Of a DNA stretch of 64,000 bases, positions 1-9,288 are shown one piece after another. A model generated the notes under the pieces. The model searched no databases and was not told the DNA's origin. It saw only the letters and a list, made by a program, of their open reading frames with translations. The DNA comes from Desulfocapsa sp. (GTDB lineage Bacteria; Desulfobacterota; Desulfobulbia; Desulfobulbales; Desulfocapsaceae), in NCBI GenBank assembly GCA_016765495.1, contig JAESPV010000035.1, forward strand, positions 51,729 through 115,728. Reading direction: 5' to 3'. Both the position numbers and the translations under genes were made by a program. Position 1 is the stretch's first letter. Each line of letters starts with the position of its first letter.

Positions 1-205
1 AAAAGAATGAGGCACCAAGCGCCAGATAGCATTTACATTCAGTGCAATCCAATGCTGCTGCTAACTCTTCAACGATCTCTTCCGGCTCTTTTCCATCGGT
101 GACGATAATCGTAGAGCCCAGAACTTCCTGTGATTTCCCACCACTAAGGAGTACTGCTGTCAGCAGATCACTCTGCAGATCTATGGAGAGGAGTCGTTGT
201 ATCAT
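1..205 (-). CDS. gspL: Type II secretion protein GspL, N-terminal part (runs off window)
   Basis: Manual translation from ATG at 205: MIQRLLSIDLQSDLLTAVLL..., open to the window edge. Lies directly after gspK; the LSID start is typical of the GspL/PilM-like cytoplasmic domain. Confidence 0.7.
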   Translation of the reverse strand, partial: MIQRLLSIDLQSDLLTAVLLSGGKSQEVLGSTIIVTDGKEPEEIVEELAAALDCTECKCYLALGASFF

Positions 206-210
206 TCCTG

Positions 211-1254
211 TTAATTACTGTCCCATCGCCGGATTTTTATCATTTGTTCTGCACGTTCCACCGTTGCAGTAACTATTTTTTTCTGTTTTCCGATAGTGGC
301 AGAGGCCTTAATAGTGAAGAGATTACTGATAGTTGTTGTCCTGTCCTCTTGTAATGCAACATCACCCGGAAATGAAGGTACTTTTTTATACCATGTAAAA
401 GTCTTCAGTTCCTCTTTATTGTTTTCGTCTTCCCGGTAATCGATCATTGCTTCTGCTGTTTCCTTGTTAAGATCCCACGCCAAGGCTTGAAGAAGAAGAA
501 CATCGGCACTGTTGATATTAATCTTACCATCACTTCCCCATGGCGTGAGGAGGGGAGCAAGACCGGGTGTCTCTTCTGTGCCGTAGAGAAGTTCCGAGGT
601 AAAACCTTTGACCATGAGCAATTCTTCAATAGATTCTATTGGCCCGTTTTTACAGGAATAGGGCGGATCCAAAGAACGGTAATAGCTTTCTTCAGCTCCA
701 TACTCCTCTTCTCCATCTCCGCTGTCTGTCCAGTCTATCAGAGCATCGATGATTTCCCTGGCATCGCCGTCTTCAACAAGGAAGGGATCGGCTCGCAACA
801 ATCTCCAGAGAACGTTACGAACATCTTTTGCATGCTGTTCCTGTTTTGCCTTCTCTACTGCAAGGTTTGTTCCCTGAGGCGGGTTTTCTATTTCCTGAAC
901 AGCTACCGCATTGATCTGATACTTTCCACTTTCGTCTTGCACCTCAACTGTTATATCACCCAAATTAAACAGAGCCGAGAGATCTTCTTCGCCAAGTAAT
1001 GCCCATGAGTCATAGAGTGAATCAAATTCATTTTCATCAAGATCAGCAAGGAGTATCTGTTCTCCAATGACAATCCCGGATCTTGTCATTTCGGAAAGCT
1101 TAGTACTATTAGCAAGACTTCCTGAAATAATATAGCCCTCACGCATTTCCCGGTTGAACTGCAGAGTAACGATTGACAAGACACTCACCAAGCTGATAAC
1201 AAGGAGCAGAGCCATGCCTTTGCGGTTGTTCAGTACTTGTGAGCAAACATTCAT
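211..1254 (-). CDS. gspK: Type II secretion minor pseudopilin GspK
   Basis: KGMALLLV prepilin-like N-terminus; DESGKYQIN, DALIDWTD, IEELLMVKG and KININSA motifs; position in the gsp operon. Confidence 0.93.
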   Translation of the reverse strand: MNVCSQVLNNRKGMALLLVISLVSVLSIVTLQFNREMREGYIISGSLANSTKLSEMTRSGIVIGEQILLADLDENEFDSLYDSWALLGEEDLSALFNLGDITVEVQDESGKYQINAVAVQEIENPPQGTNLAVEKAKQEQHAKDVRNVLWRLLRADPFLVEDGDAREIIDALIDWTDSGDGEEEYGAEESYYRSLDPPYSCKNGPIESIEELLMVKGFTSELLYGTEETPGLAPLLTPWGSDGKININSADVLLLQALAWDLNKETAEAMIDYREDENNKEELKTFTWYKKVPSFPGDVALQEDRTTTISNLFTIKASATIGKQKKIVTATVERAEQMIKIRRWDSN

Positions 1255-1334
1255 TTTGACTTAAAATATGTGTGTGGCGCCTGGAAATTGAAAATATTGA
1301 TTTTCAGAAGACACATTGCCGTAGTTTTAAGAGT

Positions 1335-1363
1335 AATATACTGGATTAGCAAAAAATTAACAA
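1335..1363 (-). promoter_or_regulatory. Candidate internal sigma70 promoter for gspK-gspL
   Basis: Minus strand reads TTGTTA-N17-TATATT in the 113 bp gspJ-gspK gap. Confidence 0.35.
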
Positions 1364-1367
1364 AAAA

Positions 1368-2039
1368 TTATATTTCACCTGCAGGAAGAATGAGGGATGT
1401 TTTGAAAAGTATTCCACTTTTTTCCACTTCCTCCTCTTTCCTGTTGCCGCCACTGTCTACAAAACGAAGACTTATGGAAATACGTTCAGGCAATTCCAGA
1501 ATTCCATCTTTATCTGTCTTCTCTTCCCATTCTGTTACATCCATTCCATCACTATTTCTATAATCAAAGGCAACCTCCAGCAGATTGGTGCAGAGAAGAA
1601 GCTGCTTACTTTTGTCGTCGTTTTCGTCCGATTCAGTGAATGCCGGTTTTTCTGAGCGAAAAAGATGAAGGGTTTTTGTCTCAGGATCTTCCTCAACCTG
1701 GTAACTGATAATCACGTACCCCGTGAGCTTTTGTTTTGGATGCAGGCGGACATTGGCACTCGAAGTGAATTCAAGGCTGTCTGCCCGATGACCGCCAATT
1801 GTATCGGTCTGCCCCTTAAAGATCATTTCTTCAGCGGGATAAAAAGATTCAAGGTCTTCCAGGATCCTTTCCATGGCTACCTTTGCCATGGAGTACGTTG
1901 CTGATTGTGAGCTGGTGCTGTTAATGATGCGAAAGCTCGCATTAAAGGATGAATAAGCAAGGGTGATAACGATGGCAAAGATGAAAATTGCCATCAGGAT
2001 TTCAAGAAGAGTGAAGCCGTGCTGTTTCCCTGGGCTCAT
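1368..2039 (-). CDS. gspJ: Type II secretion pseudopilin GspJ
   Basis: GFTLLEIL N-methylation motif, 223 aa, between gspI and gspK. Confidence 0.88.
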   Translation of the reverse strand: MSPGKQHGFTLLEILMAIFIFAIVITLAYSSFNASFRIINSTSSQSATYSMAKVAMERILEDLESFYPAEEMIFKGQTDTIGGHRADSLEFTSSANVRLHPKQKLTGYVIISYQVEEDPETKTLHLFRSEKPAFTESDENDDKSKQLLLCTNLLEVAFDYRNSDGMDVTEWEEKTDKDGILELPERISISLRFVDSGGNRKEEEVEKSGILFKTSLILPAGEI

Positions 2040-2443
2040 TCTTTTATTTTCCTATAGGTATCAAGTTGATAACTGTAGATGTCATTTCCCCAGGTGACGA
2101 CCATGCTGAGATGCATAATTTTCCCCTCAAGCTGCTGCAGGAGTTCTGAACTGCCAAAAAAAGTCTCTTCTGCTTGCAGTTTCCATGAAAATTCCGGAAA
2201 ATCTTCCCCGAAATCTCCCTCAGCAGAGAAAATGTCATCTCCGGACAGAATTTCAGCAAGCTGCATTCGAGCCAGAAGAGGCGCATGGGTGTTAAACCGG
2301 GTCTCGGTGGCCAGCGCAACACTTGCCGATTGAGAACCAAAGAGGCTGGTCAGGGCAATGCCCAGAATGGCGACAGCGATCATAACTTCAAGGAGAGTAA
2401 ATCCTCTTTGTTGAACAGGTGGAGTTCTTGCGGGAGAAGTCAT
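2036..2443 (-). CDS. gspI: Type II secretion pseudopilin GspI
   Basis: RGFTLLEVMIAVAIL motif, 135 aa, 4-nt overlap with gspJ. Confidence 0.88.
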   Translation of the reverse strand: MTSPARTPPVQQRGFTLLEVMIAVAILGIALTSLFGSQSASVALATETRFNTHAPLLARMQLAEILSGDDIFSAEGDFGEDFPEFSWKLQAEETFFGSSELLQQLEGKIMHLSMVVTWGNDIYSYQLDTYRKIKE

Positions 2444-2458
2444 GATTAGCAGGTACGT

Positions 2459-3037
2459 TCAGTCAAAATTGACCGATCCATCGGTGGCTTCAATGTTGAG
2501 GAGAAAAGGGGAAATAAGCAGAGTGATACTTTTATTTTTACTGTCTGTAAGGCGGATAATGGTCTTGTCCATATATCCCTGTTTTGAGACCCAGAGACCA
2601 TCTTTCATGGGATCCTGCTCACTGCCTCCATTGGCCTGTTTGATTGCATCAATCCTGATTCCTGTGGGAAGGGTGATAGAATGATGCTTTACAGTTGTTT
2701 CATCAGTACCTTCATCAGTACCTTCATCAGTACCTTCATCAGTACCTTCATCTGTGCCTTCATCTGTTCCACCAGCTTGTTGATACCAGAGTGTTTGCTC
2801 TGAAGAATCAAAAAAGATCAGTTGTGCCTCATGATCCCTGATCGCCTTACTGCGGCTGCTGGTGATAAGAGAAATCACTTTTCTTGAGCCGGTGGCAAGT
2901 TGATCGCCCACTATGGAATTTCTGAGACTGGGCATACTCATGGCCAGACTGATGGCAATCAGTGAACTGACGATGAGCAGTTCAAGAAGAGTAAAACCCT
3001 GATCCACTGCCTGGTAAGCTAAGGACTTATCTTGCAA
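2459..3037 (-). CDS. gspH: Type II secretion pseudopilin GspH
   Basis: GFTLLELLIV motif, between gspG and gspI; contains a (GTDE)6 repeat. Confidence 0.85.
   Translation of the reverse strand: MQDKSLAYQAVDQGFTLLELLIVSSLIAISLAMSMPSLRNSIVGDQLATGSRKVISLITSSRSKAIRDHEAQLIFFDSSEQTLWYQQAGGTDEGTDEGTDEGTDEGTDEGTDETTVKHHSITLPTGIRIDAIKQANGGSEQDPMKDGLWVSKQGYMDKTIIRLTDSKNKSITLLISPFLLNIEATDGSVNFD
2699..2770. repeat. 12-bp in-frame tandem repeat in gspH (TTCATCAGTACC x4 plus 2 degenerate copies)
   Basis: Visible directly in the sequence; encodes GTDE x6. Confidence 0.95.
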
Positions 3038-3040
3038 TGG

Positions 3041-3508
3041 TTATTCAATTTCCCAGTTGTTTATATCTGCGTCATTGCCCTCTCCACCGGATTCGCCGTC
3101 TGCTCCATAGGAGATAATATCAAAGTCGGAATGGGTACCGGGGCTAAGGTAAATATAGTCATTGTCCCATGGATCTTTAGGCACTTTCCCTTTTTTCATA
3201 TACCCGCCTTCACGCCACTTGGGAGGAAGTTTTCCTGTGCTGGGTGCCTCAACAAGAGCCTGTAAGCCCTGCTCTGTGCTGGGGTAGGCACCGTTATCCA
3301 GCCTGTAGGACTCGAGGGCTGTTTCCATTCCACTCATCTGGGCTTTTGCCATGGTGCGTTTGGCTTCTTCTGGATGGCCCATGATTCGAGGTCCCACATA
3401 TCCTGCCAGAATACCGATGATGACCAGTACGACCAGAAGTTCGATCAGAGTGAACCCTTTAGAATTTAATAACATATTGTATGGTACTTTTACGTTGTGA
3501 TGTTTCAT
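3041..3508 (-). CDS. gspG: Type II secretion major pseudopilin GspG
   Basis: GFTLIELLVV, YPSTEQGLQAL, PKDPW and SYGADGESGGEG motifs. Confidence 0.96.
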   Translation of the reverse strand: MKHHNVKVPYNMLLNSKGFTLIELLVVLVIIGILAGYVGPRIMGHPEEAKRTMAKAQMSGMETALESYRLDNGAYPSTEQGLQALVEAPSTGKLPPKWREGGYMKKGKVPKDPWDNDYIYLSPGTHSDFDIISYGADGESGGEGNDADINNWEIE

Positions 3509-3602
3509 AGTTGAAAGCCTGTGTGAAAATCAGGAACGGAAACGAAAGACTTCCAGCGCAATATGCTCAAGTTATTTCGCGTACATTCCTTAAAATGGAT
3601 TA

Positions 3603-4823
3603 TTATATCATTTGGTTCATTTCAAAAATAGGGAGCAAAATTGAGAGTACAACAAATCCCACAGCAGCACCCATGGCAGCAATCATAACAGGTTCAATCA
3701 GTGATGTCATTCCCAGGATTGCTGTTTCTACTTCTCTTTCATAGGTTGTTGATATTTTTTCAAGCATGGCTTCGAGTTGACCACTCTGTTCCCCAACGCT
3801 AATCATCTGAATGAATATGGGTGGAAACCAGACGGACGATTCAAGAGCACTGCTCATGCTTTTTCCTTTCTGGATCTGTTCCATTGCATCTTCGAGAACT
3901 TCCTGAATCAGACTGTTATTGACTATGGAACGTACAATCTGCAGAGAGGAAATAAGAGGAACACCGCTGTTGAGAAGACTGCCAAGGGTTGAGGCAAAAC
4001 GGGAAAGGACAATTTGTTTGTTGAGCGGACCGACCCCTGGAAGGGTCAGTTTAAGCCTGTCCCAGAGTCGTCTTCCTGTGTCCCCGGCCAGGAAGAGACG
4101 GACAAGGAAGATTACAATTACAAGAATACCACCCTCCAGCCACCAGTATTGACGTAGATTATCGCTTGCCATAATAAGCAGTCGTGTGGGCAGAGGCAGG
4201 ACACGTTCCATGTCTGTGAAGACCTGGGTGATATTGGGTACGATATAGGCGATAAGGAAAAATAGAATTCCAGTTCCGATAACCCCCATAAATATTGGAT
4301 AAACAAGGGCAGCTTTTAATTTCCCCTGCAATGCCCTCTGTTTTTCACCGAAATCAGCGAGCCGTTCGAGCACAATATCAAGTGAGCCGGAAGCTTCACC
4401 TGAACGAACCATATTGATATAAATATTTGAAAAAAGCCTTGGATGTTTTGCTAAAGAGTTGGTCAGAGTGCTGCCTTCGTTCACAGAGTCTCGTACCTTC
4501 GCCAGCACACGCTTAAGTGCTGGTGTCGTGCTCTGATCAATGAGTGAGCCAAGAGCACTAATAAGAGGAATTCCGGCACCCAGGAGGGTGGCCAGTTGTC
4601 TGGTGAAAATCTGTATTTCATCGGGTTTAACACGCTCAAAAAGAAATCCGCCAAAGAGCCTTTTTTTATCTGACCCTTTCCTGCTGAGACTTTCCCGCAT
4701 GCTCACCGGATACTTTCCGGCTGTTCTCAGTTTACTGCGTGCACTGCTCTCGTTGTCTGCATCGATAAGTCCTTTACAGGATTTTCCTTTCTGGTCTAGA
4801 GCTTTGTACTCAAATACTGGCAT
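3603..4823 (-). CDS. gspF: Type II secretion inner-membrane platform GspF
   Basis: MPVFEYKALD start; FTRQLATLLGAGIPL, GEASGSL, GEQSGQL and LIEPVMI motifs. Confidence 0.95.
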   Translation of the reverse strand: MPVFEYKALDQKGKSCKGLIDADNESSARSKLRTAGKYPVSMRESLSRKGSDKKRLFGGFLFERVKPDEIQIFTRQLATLLGAGIPLISALGSLIDQSTTPALKRVLAKVRDSVNEGSTLTNSLAKHPRLFSNIYINMVRSGEASGSLDIVLERLADFGEKQRALQGKLKAALVYPIFMGVIGTGILFFLIAYIVPNITQVFTDMERVLPLPTRLLIMASDNLRQYWWLEGGILVIVIFLVRLFLAGDTGRRLWDRLKLTLPGVGPLNKQIVLSRFASTLGSLLNSGVPLISSLQIVRSIVNNSLIQEVLEDAMEQIQKGKSMSSALESSVWFPPIFIQMISVGEQSGQLEAMLEKISTTYEREVETAILGMTSLIEPVMIAAMGAAVGFVVLSILLPIFEMNQMI

Positions 4824-4846
4824 ATTTAGCTGTTATTTAACAGTTT

Positions 4847-5694
4847 TTTATTGGGTTGGGCAATTCGTTGCAGAATATGAATCACCATCCCTTTCAACAA
4901 TAATCGAGATGCCCATTCTTTCCAGGTCTTTTACTGATTCCCAGGGAATTATATCAGGCTCTTCCAATTTCTCAAGTAGGCGTCCGCCTGACCGGGGGTA
5001 AGGCGGGTTCCTTTATAAGGAGGTTCAGCTGTTTCAAATTCACTCTTCTTGTAATAAAGCCTTCGTAATTGCCGTTATCCATATACTCCCCCGCTCTTGC
5101 GAAATAATTTCCTTCCGGGAATCCTGAGCTATTGGTTGAATGTTTTACTGTAGTGTCTTCCTCTGATTGCACCACCGGTCGTTCATTTTTGGTTTCACTG
5201 TCAGTTTCTTCGACAGAAGGCTCCACTACTTTTTCCGGAATATCTACTGGTGAAACCGGGGAGGGTGTGTCAGGTACTTGCGTGATGGAGATGATATCAT
5301 TACCTGACTGTATGGATAATTGGGGCGCACTTTCCTCTGGCTTGCCCTTCTGCCTTTCTTCAATTTCCGGGGGATTTGTACCGGAGCTGAAAGATGATGT
5401 GTGGACCCAGCCTACTTGCCCCGATCCTGCAACTTCAACTACCACCCAGGAACCTCGCCGGAGTTTCTCATACAATTTCTCATTCTTCTTAAGTTGTGCA
5501 ATGGCACTGTGAGTTGATCCGGGCCCAGCCCTAAGGCTTACGCCATTTTTTTCTACAGACAGAACATCTCCAGAGACTGCAAATATATGGGCAGTTGGGA
5601 AAAAGAAAAACACACAACCAGCAAGGCAGGTAAAAAAATGGCTGATGATTGAAGAATATTTCGAAGCTGTATCGGGGAATATTGTCGTCATCAT
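4847..5694 (-). pseudogene. Exported SH3 (type 3)-domain protein with a frameshifted, TPR-like 3' end
   Basis: ORF 4972-5694 has a signal-like segment and SH3 motifs (VSLRAGPGST...WVVVE...GWVH). After a TPR-like helix (NYFARAGEYMDNGNYE), plausible protein continues in two other frames to a stop near 4847. Confidence 0.55.
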
Positions 5695-6023
5695 AATAAA
5701 AAGTCTTGTTTCAAAACAAATATTTGTCTTATATTGACAGATACTCTTTGTTTACGTTTTTTTTCGGTGGGTAATATCTGTCAGTTTACAACGAAGAAAA
5801 GTAATAAATGCTGAGTCACCAGCCCGATGTCACAACATAACACAATGTAACCCACCAAGTCTACGCAATAAAACTGCATCCAAGAGCAGAGCACATGATA
5901 CAATGCGGCACGCATGGTTGTCAAGCCCGATACTTGTTGATAGTAACAGTACGCATATACTGGGAAATCTACGTTTACAGACAGTCCTAACTCTTTAATC
6001 AGTCACACATAAGGAGACACGCT

Positions 6024-6905
6024 ATGAAGCTTCGTTCCCATTTTCTTCTCGTTATTGGAACTCTTGCAATTCTTGCAATTGGTCTGATGGGGGGAGCTAG
6101 TTATCAGTTTAATAAGCACGATGCCTTACGAGAAGCAAAAGAGAAAGGGCAGATCATTTTAAACTTCTTGCTCTCCACCCGTGCTTATTTCAAAGATGAG
6201 CAACGGCCGCTGATTATGGAACTGATCGAAAAAGATCGATTTTACCCGGATTTGATGTCCGGGTTTGTTATTACTAGAGGAACATGGGAGAAATTTCATA
6301 AACTCATGCCTGACTATAGATTTAAGCAGGCAACCATTGACCCTCTGTGGCCGAGCAACAAAGCTGACACAGATGAGCTTGAGATAATTCGTTTTTTCCA
6401 GGAAAATCCGGATGACAAAAACAAGGAAGGCTTGCTAAACAAAAACGGCGAACAATTTTACTACTTTGCCGAACCCAAAAATGTTAGCGACCAAGGGTGC
6501 CTGAGATGTCATGGTGACCCCTTGGACGCCCCTAAAGATCAGATAATGATTTACGGGAGCGAAAATGGCTACAACTGGAAACTCGGTGAAATAGTATCGA
6601 TTTTTATTGTTTATGTTCCCATTGAAAATGCGTTGGCAGCTGCGACAAAAAAAACCCAGATGATTGTGGGATTTGGAGCAGGTTGCGTAGTGTTTATTTT
6701 GCTGTTGATCTGGATCTTTATGAATAGCCGTGTTGTTGTACCGATAATGCAGTTAAGCAAACGGGCTGAAGAGATCAGTCTTGGGGAAAATCTTGCTGAG
6801 AGCCTACAGGTAAAGAATAAAAACGAGATTGGGATTCTGACTGAATCCATTGACAGACTACGCATTAGTATGCTCACCTTACTTGAGCGCTGTAGAAGGG
6901 AATAG
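6024..6905 (+). CDS. Membrane sensor with a periplasmic c-type heme (Tll0287/DUF3365-like) domain and HAMP, no output domain
   Basis: TM - FKQAT..P..P.NKAD..E - CLRCH - GYNWKLGEIV - TM - HAMP (NEIGILTESIDRL); AAGGAG RBS. Confidence 0.85.
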   Translation: MKLRSHFLLVIGTLAILAIGLMGGASYQFNKHDALREAKEKGQIILNFLLSTRAYFKDEQRPLIMELIEKDRFYPDLMSGFVITRGTWEKFHKLMPDYRFKQATIDPLWPSNKADTDELEIIRFFQENPDDKNKEGLLNKNGEQFYYFAEPKNVSDQGCLRCHGDPLDAPKDQIMIYGSENGYNWKLGEIVSIFIVYVPIENALAAATKKTQMIVGFGAGCVVFILLLIWIFMNSRVVVPIMQLSKRAEEISLGENLAESLQVKNKNEIGILTESIDRLRISMLTLLERCRRE

Positions 6906-6947
6906 GTGAAAGCTCATAGGTTACTTTAAGATTAATTCAACGAGTTA

Positions 6948-7844
6948 ATGATCATGAGAATACTTACTTTGTACTGCAAGTCAGTGGTTTTGTCTTTATC
7001 GCTAATCCTCTTCATATGTATCGGAGTATCATCTGGTATTGTGGAAGCTGCTGACTGTGCTGCTGTTAGCAAAAGCATACAGAGAGAAATGAATCTGCTG
7101 AAAAAACGAAAACTGTTGCAGGAATCAATTCAACAGTGTGCTTCCGATCCAATTATCAATTATCATTACGCCTATACCCTTGAAAGATTAAGAAAATATG
7201 AAGAAGCTCTGAAATATTATATAAAGGCCTCTGAAATGGATGATCAAAAGTCCGACTATTTTTTTGGTATGGCAGACATCTATATGGTTCTGGGAAATGG
7301 ACAATCGGCTATCTGGGCCTATGAGAAAGGTCTGGCAATAAACGGGAAAAACAAAAGGGCTCAAAAGAAACTGGCGATTGTACGGATTAAATACAAGTCA
7401 CAGCTTGGAGACGTTGTGACATCAGAAGAAATTGTGCAGGTTATGCAGGAAGAAGAGCCTGGTCATTCCACAGGGCAATCCCTGGAAGGCCCAATATTAA
7501 GGATGCTGATACCCTATGAAAGGGGTTCATCTTCGTTGTCAGATGAGGCAAAAGTACTGGTTGATATTGTGGGCCGGGCACTTCAGGATGAGAAATTACA
7601 AGGGGCACGCTTTGAAGTGATTGGACATACCGATTCCAGCGGCACCGAACAGTCCAACATGTGGTTTTCAAAGCACCGCGCAGAAACGGTAAGGGATTAT
7701 CTAATAGAACAGCACCAAGTCGCCCCCGACAGATTAAGTATCGCTTATTATGGCGAACGCAGGCCAATAATGCCTAATACTATTAAAGCCAACCGCGCAG
7801 TCAATCGCAGGGTGGAATTTCGGAGGATAATGTCACGCCAATGA
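6948..7844 (+). CDS. TPR plus OmpA-like peptidoglycan-binding protein
   Basis: Signal peptide, TPR helices, GHTDSSG...N..S..RAETV and NRRVEF OmpA motifs. Confidence 0.88.
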   Translation: MIMRILTLYCKSVVLSLSLILFICIGVSSGIVEAADCAAVSKSIQREMNLLKKRKLLQESIQQCASDPIINYHYAYTLERLRKYEEALKYYIKASEMDDQKSDYFFGMADIYMVLGNGQSAIWAYEKGLAINGKNKRAQKKLAIVRIKYKSQLGDVVTSEEIVQVMQEEEPGHSTGQSLEGPILRMLIPYERGSSSLSDEAKVLVDIVGRALQDEKLQGARFEVIGHTDSSGTEQSNMWFSKHRAETVRDYLIEQHQVAPDRLSIAYYGERRPIMPNTIKANRAVNRRVEFRRIMSRQ

Positions 7845-8786
7845 TGACGCAACCATGGCACGGAATTTCTCTTCCTTTTCAGGTTCATCTATCTCAATGC
7901 ATAACAAATCAATAAGTTCGTTTTGTTGATCGCTTGAGGATAGATTGTCAGGCTGCCATTTTTTCAGAATGTCCTCAATAATAATGGAAGCGGCAGGACC
8001 CATTATTCTGGCAAGAGCTTTTCCTATCCGGCTTATTTCTGGTGCGCTTGTATCGTAACGGGGCATTAGACGTTGAAGTATGTCTCGAAATCTATCTGCC
8101 TGTGATCCATTTCCAATCTTCTGGCATAGCAGGTTAACAAGTTCGTTTATTCTATCCTCCGAAGGATCACCATTTTTTTTCCACATTTTTATCGTATCGT
8201 CCATAAGTATTTCACTTGCAGGGCCGATTACTTTTGTTAAGGCACGCTCAACAGGTAAGAGTATTCTGCTTGACAGCTCACCGGCTTTTTCCTCTAAAGG
8301 TGGTGTTTTTTTCTTGTTACTCTCTTCCTGCTCAAGGATGTTTTCGTTGGGATGGAGCTCTTCAGCGAAGATTTCTTCTGCTGTCGCCCCATTTTCCAGC
8401 TTAACTGCCACTGTAATAAAAGGGATTTCTCTTTTTAGTTTTTCAATAATAGCCTGGGAGGCAGTTTCGAAAAAGTCAGCATCAACACTGGATAAACACA
8501 AACATATCAGACTGGCATAATCATTGAGACGCACTGCTACTATCAACACACTTTCAAAAGTGATTATTATGTGTTTTTGTCTTCGATTGAATATGGAATT
8601 TTTACTGAACAAGTCGTGTATCAATCGACAGGTTTGTTCCATTTCAGCCTCTGGGCACCATGCCGGAAGGTTTGAGAAATTAATGCCACCCGTATCGATG
8701 TAAATACATTGCCCCATTATACCGGGAAGATTGTCGATTTCTGCGAGTAAGTCACTAACTTTTTTTTCGGTTTGAGGCATGATCAA
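7833..8786 (-). CDS. Roadblock/LC7-like domain protein with two tandem helical (I/M)GPA repeats
   Basis: N-terminal ~115 aa has a roadblock-like alpha/beta pattern. C-terminal duplicated units: ALTKVIGPASEILMDDTIKMW and ALARIMGPAASIIIEDILKKW. Confidence 0.6.
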   Translation of the reverse strand: MIMPQTEKKVSDLLAEIDNLPGIMGQCIYIDTGGINFSNLPAWCPEAEMEQTCRLIHDLFSKNSIFNRRQKHIIITFESVLIVAVRLNDYASLICLCLSSVDADFFETASQAIIEKLKREIPFITVAVKLENGATAEEIFAEELHPNENILEQEESNKKKTPPLEEKAGELSSRILLPVERALTKVIGPASEILMDDTIKMWKKNGDPSEDRINELVNLLCQKIGNGSQADRFRDILQRLMPRYDTSAPEISRIGKALARIMGPAASIIIEDILKKWQPDNLSSSDQQNELIDLLCIEIDEPEKEEKFRAMVASSLA

Positions 8787-9288
8787 CTCTCCGGAAATTA
8801 GACGATAAAGGATCGTAGCTTTATGTATTAATTTGTGCAGATGGCATCTTTACAAACTCTAAAAATCACAACCTGAAATACCTGGAATGTTTCAATATAG
8901 ACTAGAATAACATGAATTGCGAAATATTTTACGTGATGCAGATGGTTGCCGGGGGTGCCCGGTGTCAGGTACATTTATATCTTCATTACAGATTTGGATA
9001 ACGACCTCAAGAAGAAATAGTGTATACTGGTTGAGTTGAAAAAAGAAAAAACCTTGTTCATTTCCGACGTATAATAGTAATGTGCTGTACAAATCCAATC
9101 CAACTAGTCGGAAATTTTTAAATTTCACAGGCTAAGTACCTTCGTGCCAGGTCAAAATCTCTGATTATTTGATTCTCTCCTGATATAATGGGGTTTTCGC
9201 TAAGCTGTTTTAGGATTGCTTTTATGGAGTAAGGTACGTAATTTAGAATCTGAAAATAAACTGTCAGATCCATTTTGTCAGGGTCGCA

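Noticed and set aside
5903-5922. Sigma54 promoter upstream of the heme-HAMP gene (CGGCACG...TTGT)
   Set aside because: GG-to-GC spacing and the -12 element do not match the strict consensus.
8892-9128. 78-aa ORF between the roadblock-like gene and exeA
   Set aside because: No RBS or motif, with low-complexity AT-rich composition; likely a divergent promoter region.
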